From a virus: a stretch of 64,000 nucleotides of DNA. Shown here one piece after another: positions 58,046 through 64,000 of this stretch (position 1 is the stretch's first letter; the number at the start of each line of letters is the position of its first letter). The stretch is taken from positions 73,747 to 137,746 of IMG/VR virus record IMGVR_UViG_3300023109_000007. One strand, 5' to 3'. The notes beneath the pieces are model-generated. The model was not told the DNA's origin, made no database searches, and worked only from the letters and a program-made list of their open reading frames with translations. The position numbers and the translations under genes are program-made.

Positions 58046-58737
58046 TTGCCTTTATCCTGCATTAGTTTTTTATATTTGTAATATTGACCTGAAAATGTAA
58101 ATGCATATGTACTATGCTTTAACTGCCATTCCATACCATCAACTACATGATGATGCAATACTATTTTTTTATCTGACAAAGGCATAACATGTGCTAAAGG
58201 TTCACCAGCATTAATTGAAAAATTATTAGGATATAATTTTTTTTGTGCAAGTACATTTATGTTAGTAGTATGTTGGTACTTGTATTCTACAATACCAGTT
58301 GGAACCGAATACTTAGCTGTATCATTTTGCCAAAATGGTTGTGTCCATATAAATTGAACACCTGTCTTTTCTCTTATACGCCATGGACTAATAATTTTCA
58401 TGTGTCCATAATCTTTTAGTGCTGATCCCCATTGTGAAGGTTCGTGATTTTCAGCTTCACTATCGGGTACTACACGTGGTGTACCATTTACTACTTCTGC
58501 ATAAAATTCTCTATGCGCAGGAATAATAAATCCTTTTCTAAATAGATCAGCCACTCCAGGACAAGTTTTCATTGTACCTCTTTGTGGTCCTTTGTACTCT
58601 ACAGTAGTAGATAACTTTTTATACCATTCGGGTAAGAACTTTATTGCAGGAGCAATTGGAAACAAATCAACAATCTCCTGCTGGTATGTAAAGCAGTCAA
58701 GATGTATTTTGCTAGGGCGTCTAATAATATTGAACAT
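58042..58737 (-). CDS. Hypothetical protein (TxKxCP family)
   Basis: PEWYKKL, TMKTCPG, SPWRIREK, AGEPL; paralogue of 8558. Confidence 0.8.
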   Translation of the reverse strand: MFNIIRRPSKIHLDCFTYQQEIVDLFPIAPAIKFLPEWYKKLSTTVEYKGPQRGTMKTCPGVADLFRKGFIIPAHREFYAEVVNGTPRVVPDSEAENHEPSQWGSALKDYGHMKIISPWRIREKTGVQFIWTQPFWQNDTAKYSVPTGIVEYKYQHTTNINVLAQKKLYPNNFSINAGEPLAHVMPLSDKKIVLHHHVVDGMEWQLKHSTYAFTFSGQYYKYKKLMQDKGK

Positions 58738-58745
58738 ACTAATAA

Positions 58746-59429
58746 TTACCTATAATTTTTCTTTTGATGAAAGAATTTGGCGTATGTTCCGTGCCATACT
58801 TTCTTTATGAAATGAGAGTAAACAGTTTTGCCTAAGTAGTCATCGTATACAATTTCAGACTTCCAATTGTCACGTTTAAATGGCATAGCAATCATTAATG
58901 GATCACCTGGGTCAGCTACAAAATCTTGTTTAGCATAACCAACAAAATTTACACTATCGTCATGTGTATCGGTATCAACTACACTAGGAAACATTACATA
59001 ATCTTCATTCATATTATAGAAAGGTTGAAAAAACAATGTACTATAGCCAGGCGGAGTTCTAACCATCCAAGGTTGGTTAAATTTAATATAATTATGATTG
59101 TCGCCCTCAATCTTAATAGGACATTGTTCGTGCGGATGAGCTGACACATAATCCTTCATAGGACACATATATTCAGTATCTCTTCTTCCGTTTTCATTTA
59201 ATACTTTAAAGTCTGTTTGATGTGAATGCCGCAAGACATAACCAGTAGTAAGGTAATCTAATACTGGAACACATTTCTTAATTGTAGGTACTGCATGTTT
59301 TTCTTGACCATGCATTATTTCGTTTGGTATTTGTTTGTACCAATCAGGAATTATTTTTGAAGCAGGTAAAGGCGGATAAAGATCCACGATAGTTTTGTCG
59401 TAACAAATAAACTTTATTATGTTATCCAC
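58746..59429 (-). CDS. Hypothetical protein (TxKxCP family; possibly dUTPase-like beta fold)
   Basis: PDWYK, TIKKCVP, PWMVRTPPGYS, VVDTD, PGDPL, PFKR. Confidence 0.8.
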   Translation of the reverse strand: MDNIIKFICYDKTIVDLYPPLPASKIIPDWYKQIPNEIMHGQEKHAVPTIKKCVPVLDYLTTGYVLRHSHQTDFKVLNENGRRDTEYMCPMKDYVSAHPHEQCPIKIEGDNHNYIKFNQPWMVRTPPGYSTLFFQPFYNMNEDYVMFPSVVDTDTHDDSVNFVGYAKQDFVADPGDPLMIAMPFKRDNWKSEIVYDDYLGKTVYSHFIKKVWHGTYAKFFHQKKNYR

Positions 59430-59431
59430 TA

Positions 59432-60079
59432 TTATTTAAATTCCTTTTTTGCATGAAACAATTTCTTGTATGCACCTGTAATATATTGTAACACATGACT
59501 ACTGATATTGTCAACCAAATTTACTTGTGATGTCCAAGGATCTCTTTTAAACGGAACTACTTGTGCAAGTATATCACCTGGACTAATTTTTAAATTTTTG
59601 ACATGTGCTTCTACTACTACTGATAGTACATAATCATGTTTATCAGTGTCAATTATTCCTGGTAGAACTGTAAAGTTAGTTATGTCTTGATAGTGTGGAT
59701 GAAATATCATACAACTGTAACCTGGTGGTGTTTTGATAACAAAATCAGTTTCTATTCTTGCATAGGATTTTTGTATAACTTTTGTTTTTGGAAATGCAGT
59801 ATTAGTATATATGCTAGGGTGTTTACGCATCTGTGGTCTTGTGTTAACACTACTAATTTCTCTTCCCTTTACAAAATCTTTTATTTTTTCGTCAACATCA
59901 TATTCATATGTGCTTCGAATCATATATCCGCTATTAATAAAGTCCATAACAGGTGGACACGAATATATAGTATCGCGAGGTTCTATATTACTATTATACC
60001 AATCAGGCATACTAGTACTTGCAGGTATTGGAGAGAAATATTTTGCTGTTTCACGGTCTGTTATAAATTCAATTTTCAT
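59432..60079 (-). CDS. Hypothetical protein (TxKxCP family)
   Basis: PDWY, TIYSCPP, KTPPGYS, PGIIDTD, PGD.LAQ, PFKR. Confidence 0.8.
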   Translation of the reverse strand: MKIEFITDRETAKYFSPIPASTSMPDWYNSNIEPRDTIYSCPPVMDFINSGYMIRSTYEYDVDEKIKDFVKGREISSVNTRPQMRKHPSIYTNTAFPKTKVIQKSYARIETDFVIKTPPGYSCMIFHPHYQDITNFTVLPGIIDTDKHDYVLSVVVEAHVKNLKISPGDILAQVVPFKRDPWTSQVNLVDNISSHVLQYITGAYKKLFHAKKEFK

Positions 60080-60768
60080 TTTTTTCTTACTCTAATATTT
60101 CCAGATACAGTAATTCTAAAGTCGTCACTTTGGTAAAACGGATACACTTGGTGATACATCTTAGCTGGGAATACACAAATTCTACCTTCAAAAGATTTAT
60201 CAACAGGCAAATCTAATGTTCTTATTGCTCCGAGGCTATTACTAAAGACAAACTCAAATTTTCCTACTCTATCTTTACTTGCACTATATGCTTGCATACC
60301 TAATTGGTCGTCAAAGCTATAAGGTACTTGAGTCCAGACTACAAAACTTAACAACCCAGTGTGTAAGTGTAAAGGTAAAAATTCAGTAGGGCGTTGATAA
60401 TTTATCCATAAACGTTCTACGTACAACTCAGCTTGTGAAAATTCATCTATATCACTAATTAGTAATTCGGCCTCAATGTCAGGAAATGTTTCTATATAAG
60501 TTTGAGATAATTTTAATAACTCTGCTTCAAATGCCTTCCTACTAGTTGTAGGCTCTGTAAAGAATAATTCTTTAGGTATATCGTCTTCAAACATCTTTAG
60601 CAAGTCGTGTTTACGTTTTCCTGAAGACTCTACTATTTTGTCAATGCCCCCAATGGCATCTTTCTTCAGCATTTGAAATACAAAAGGATTTAAATCTGCC
60701 ATATAGATACCTGTTTGGTAATCTATTAATTCATTATTATACTGCGGTTTGTTACCTTTTAGTAGCAT
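60076..60768 (-). CDS. 2OG-Fe(II) oxygenase-like protein (HxH)
   Basis: LWINYQ..EFLPLHLH.GLLSFV...FPA.MYHQVYPF...RITVSGN. Confidence 0.8.
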   Translation of the reverse strand: MLLKGNKPQYNNELIDYQTGIYMADLNPFVFQMLKKDAIGGIDKIVESSGKRKHDLLKMFEDDIPKELFFTEPTTSRKAFEAELLKLSQTYIETFPDIEAELLISDIDEFSQAELYVERLWINYQRPTEFLPLHLHTGLLSFVVWTQVPYSFDDQLGMQAYSASKDRVGKFEFVFSNSLGAIRTLDLPVDKSFEGRICVFPAKMYHQVYPFYQSDDFRITVSGNIRVRKK

Positions 60769-61397
60769 TAATATCCATCCGTATCATTAGGTGTTTTCAA
60801 CATTAAGTTAGTTGCAATAGTAACTCTTAATTTATTTTCTTTATGTGCTGGGCTAGAATGTTTTAACCAACTAGGAAACAAAATTATATCTCCTTCTTCT
60901 ACTTTAGGCTGTTCTCTTTCGTGCAAATACATTTCAGGTAAGTATGCAAGATCCTTTGTAGGACAAAAAGATCTTAAATTTTGATTATCAGGATTAAAGA
61001 ATATAGTTCCTGCATCTTCTTCTTCTAAATGAGTATAATGCACATAACTCCAACTAATTGTACTACTACCGCCTACGTGATCATGTTTCCATTCGTTTTG
61101 ATTATCAGTACTAAAGTTATACCATGACCGTTGACGTAAATTCCAATCATTCATATTAAAGCCTATATGTGTTAATGCTTTGTTTATATCAGGAGCAAAT
61201 AAGCTATGTACAAATTTCCAGTTTACCATAGCACCAGTACCCGGAATATAATCAGTAAAAATACTTTGTGATCCGCCGTTAGGTTCACTCTTTTCAAATG
61301 TAGGAAGTACAAACTTCATAAGATGTTCTTTAATTTTATCATGGTTACTACATTTAAATTTATATACATGCTGTGGAAATAAAGGTAAGTGTTCCAT
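60768..61397 (-). CDS. 2OG-Fe(II) oxygenase-like protein (HxH)
   Basis: SWYN...KHDH...EGDIILFPSWLKH...RVTIATN. Confidence 0.8.
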   Translation of the reverse strand: MEHLPLFPQHVYKFKCSNHDKIKEHLMKFVLPTFEKSEPNGGSQSIFTDYIPGTGAMVNWKFVHSLFAPDINKALTHIGFNMNDWNLRQRSWYNFSTDNQNEWKHDHVGGSSTISWSYVHYTHLEEEDAGTIFFNPDNQNLRSFCPTKDLAYLPEMYLHEREQPKVEEGDIILFPSWLKHSSPAHKENKLRVTIATNLMLKTPNDTDGY

Positions 61398-61996
61398 TAT
61401 CGATCCATCCTAAGTTGCTTATTAATTTTAGTATTAAACATAAAACTTATTCCTATTGAAACTCTCCAGTTTTGCGTTGGAGTATGTGCTTGATGTAAGT
61501 ATCTTCCTGGAAACAACACAATCTTTCCTTGCTTATACGTTGATCTACAAACTTCAGTAGTTGGATTCTTATTAGACTGATAGAATACTGTATCACCGTC
61601 GCTGTCAGTTGCATAGTAAACAGCAGTCCAAATAAGTTCATTGTCTGTAGAGTCTACATGTTTTTCAGGACTCTGTCCAGGTAACTGTCCGTTCACAGCA
61701 ATTCTTTGCCAACCTTCAAATGTACCTTCTGGATCTACTGTAGGAAGTATATTGTATTTAATAGCATCACATACGTTCATTACTACATGTGGCTTCTGCG
61801 TATCATGGTTACTTTCTAAAAGATATAACATCTTTCCAAAATAAGGCTTACCATCAGATAATGTATTTCCGTGGTGGCCGTATTCAAAACCAAACTGAGT
61901 AAATTGCTCTTGCCCTGCTTTTATCATCCACTCTGGAAATATTTCAAATTCATATATATTTTGTTTTTCTGCTAACGAATTTTTTAAATTAAACAT
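61397..61996 (-). CDS. 2OG-Fe(II) oxygenase (HxD, prolyl-hydroxylase-like)
   Basis: KHVD...TAVYY...GDTVF...LFPGRYLH...WRVSI. Confidence 0.8.
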   Translation of the reverse strand: MFNLKNSLAEKQNIYEFEIFPEWMIKAGQEQFTQFGFEYGHHGNTLSDGKPYFGKMLYLLESNHDTQKPHVVMNVCDAIKYNILPTVDPEGTFEGWQRIAVNGQLPGQSPEKHVDSTDNELIWTAVYYATDSDGDTVFYQSNKNPTTEVCRSTYKQGKIVLFPGRYLHQAHTPTQNWRVSIGISFMFNTKINKQLRMDR

Positions 61997-62609
61997 TTGT
62001 TTCCTCGTGTGTATATAAGTTTAGTGCTACTGTTGCACGTAACTTTTCAGATGTTTGTGCGCCAACACTATGTGGTACAAATGAAGGAAAAAATATTAAG
62101 TCGCCTTCTTGAACTTGTGGTACATGTAACCTCTTCCAATCATACGGTAAATTATTAGAATTTTTTGTCATATGTGAATTACCGTAGAATGCATACAACG
62201 GATTCTTAAATACTGTTGGTGTATGTTCGTCTTTGTCATATATTACATAATGTATTGCACTATATACACAACTAGGATAGCCACCCATATGGTCATGTTC
62301 TTCTTGCATTTGACCTTTACTACCTACATTGTACCATGCATGGACACGTTTGTTCCAACTTATGTTCTTGTTAAAGCCTGCCTTTAAATGAAACTTTTCT
62401 ATATCTGTATTATAGAACTTTAAAAATTCGTCATCTAATTTATCTGCACCTGGAAAATAATCACTATAAAGATTTAACTGTTCTGCATTAGGTGATTTAG
62501 GTAAGTTAGGAATAATAGTATCAGCAAAGTATTCCTTTACTAACTTTTGATTAGTAGCTTTTGCTGTGTAGATAGGTACATCAAACATACCATTTCGAAG
62601 TAACATCAT
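61989..62609 (-). CDS. 2OG-Fe(II) oxygenase-like protein (HxH)
   Basis: AWYN...QEEHDH...SAIHY...EGDLIFFPSFVPH.V...RATVALN; ATG at 62609 coupled by ATGA to the upstream gene. Confidence 0.8.
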   Translation of the reverse strand: MMLLRNGMFDVPIYTAKATNQKLVKEYFADTIIPNLPKSPNAEQLNLYSDYFPGADKLDDEFLKFYNTDIEKFHLKAGFNKNISWNKRVHAWYNVGSKGQMQEEHDHMGGYPSCVYSAIHYVIYDKDEHTPTVFKNPLYAFYGNSHMTKNSNNLPYDWKRLHVPQVQEGDLIFFPSFVPHSVGAQTSEKLRATVALNLYTHEETNV

Positions 62610-63289
62610 CGGTCGTTCCAATCAGGAGTTACACTTAATAAACTTTTTGGTTGTGTATATTCATAATGTTCTATAAAGAATATTATAGATAATCTTTGTT
62701 CGCCGTTATTAATAACATAATTATTAGGTCTATGAAAAATACTGCTATCATATGCAATTAGTCGATTATACACATTGCCACATTTGAGAGTTTCTTTGAA
62801 ATGACTATGGTTATCTTCTAAATCTTGTTTGTATTGCTGTGTAATTTCTTTACTTAAATTAAATTTATTTCTAGAAGTTATATCAGGAGTAGAAAAATTT
62901 CTATTAGATGTTTTTGCAAACATACTAGTACCTGCTTGCATATCTAACAGACCTTGATTCAAATATATAACACCAGCTACTTTTACTGGATCGTTGTGTA
63001 TCCATCCTGCATTACAATCAGGGTCATCATATACATCGTTTTTATGGAATCTAATATCTATTTTAAGATTACGCATTCCGATAAATATTTCGTCAGCAAT
63101 ACGCTTTGCAAGGTAAGTACCAAAACTTGCGCATTCTTGATTAATTTCAAATAGATTTTTTGTACGTGTACCAGGATGCACTGGAGACTTTATAAAGTCC
63201 AGTTTATTAGCTAAATCAACAACTTTATCAGGGTTATTGAAGAAGTTATCTTGAGACCTAAAGAAATTAGAAAAATGATGTGTGTGCAT
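62606..63289 (-). CDS. 2OG-Fe(II) oxygenase-like protein (DUF6445-like, HxD)
   Basis: DNFF.NPD.V...PG.RT...GWIHND...AGVIYL...GT.....YNRLIAYD..IFH...RL; probable start MHTHHF at 63289. Confidence 0.75.
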   Translation of the reverse strand: MHTHHFSNFFRSQDNFFNNPDKVVDLANKLDFIKSPVHPGTRTKNLFEINQECASFGTYLAKRIADEIFIGMRNLKIDIRFHKNDVYDDPDCNAGWIHNDPVKVAGVIYLNQGLLDMQAGTSMFAKTSNRNFSTPDITSRNKFNLSKEITQQYKQDLEDNHSHFKETLKCGNVYNRLIAYDSSIFHRPNNYVINNGEQRLSIIFFIEHYEYTQPKSLLSVTPDWNDR

Positions 63290-63364
63290 ATATCTACTTA
63301 TGCTTCGGGCGGTGGGTTGTAAATGTTTTTTGAATAAATACATTAGTAGAAGCAGGAAAATTAA

Positions 63365-64000
63365 ATGGCACAAACAATCAGTAACAGCATACGCATTATT
63401 CCACGCGATGAGAACTTCCTAAACAGAAACGTAGGGGCAAGCGGTGAAATTTTCTATAACAGAGATGAAAACACGCTACGTTTATATGACGGAAATACCC
63501 GTGGAGGATATACAGTTGCAAGCACAGCTAACCTGTCGACTATTACAGGTACAGCAGGTGTAGCAAGTTTAGAATACACAACAACAATTGATAATAACGG
63601 AGTTAGTAACAAATACGTGTTTAATAACGTGTCGGCTCCTGAATTACAATTAGTTATAGGTTATACATATGTTTTTGATCAAAGCAATCAAACAAACGAA
63701 TACTATCCAAATCCAGACGGCGGAGTTAATAATCAACACCCCCTTTCGTTTAGTGAAACGCCAAACGGAGAACTAGCATTTGGAGCAGTTTATGAAAACA
63801 ATGTTAAATATCAACTAGATGGTAAAGAAGTTACTCAAGAAACATACAAAGGCACTAAATTTGCATCAGCAATTGACCGTAAAGTATTTTTGCTTGTAAC
63901 TAAAGATACACCAACTACGTTATACTACTATTGTACAAGACACCAAAATATGGGCAACTCAATTAGTGTTGTTGAACCAGGCGCAGGTGGTGGTAGTAGT
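63365..64000 (+). CDS. Virion/fibre protein, partial, with a cupredoxin-like H...CxxHxxM motif
   Basis: Not in the track (no stop in window). AATAAATA at 63333-63340 and AGGA SD; translates MAQTISNSIRIIPRD...GEIFYNRDENTLRLYDG...QHPLSFS...LYYYCTRHQNMG. Confidence 0.75.
   Translation, partial: MAQTISNSIRIIPRDENFLNRNVGASGEIFYNRDENTLRLYDGNTRGGYTVASTANLSTITGTAGVASLEYTTTIDNNGVSNKYVFNNVSAPELQLVIGYTYVFDQSNQTNEYYPNPDGGVNNQHPLSFSETPNGELAFGAVYENNVKYQLDGKEVTQETYKGTKFASAIDRKVFLLVTKDTPTTLYYYCTRHQNMGNSISVVEPGAGGGSS

Noticed and set aside
1-64000. Stop-codon reassignment, CRISPR array, tRNA genes, inteins or introns in core genes
   Set aside because: Core genes are intact under the standard code with both TAG and TGA used as stops; no repeat-spacer array, cloverleaf or intein motif was seen by eye.

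Overview
A 64-kb, AT-rich segment of a large T4-like (myovirus) phage genome, probably aquatic; the host cannot be determined from the sequence. In order it carries: baseplate genes (minus strand, including a hub-like protein with a C-terminal M15 peptidase); late sigma gp55 and gp47/gp46; a GIY-YIG nuclease followed by about 540 bp of highly structured non-coding DNA; putative internal head proteins; a gp26-like/gp51-like pair; tape measure; the head module (portal gp20, acidic core, protease gp21, scaffold gp22, capsid gp23); an island with a porin-like gene and a putative ncRNA; about 29 kb of large virion/tail-fibre genes ending in three C1q-like paralogues; and a 9-kb convergent cluster of two flavin-dependent halogenases, six 2OG-Fe(II)-oxygenase-like genes and three paralogous unknown proteins. 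Strongest leads: (1) tandem phycobiliprotein-like domains with a CxRD motif in a giant virion protein; (2) a roughly 370-nt pseudoknotted RNA candidate directly behind the GIY-YIG gene; (3) a roughly 240-nt ncRNA candidate with its own promoter and terminator; (4) a lambda G/GT-type -1 frameshift site joining the gp26-like and gp51-like ORFs; (5) the halogenase/oxygenase cluster as a possible virion-modification system. All assignments come from motif recognition by eye; no database searches were run.
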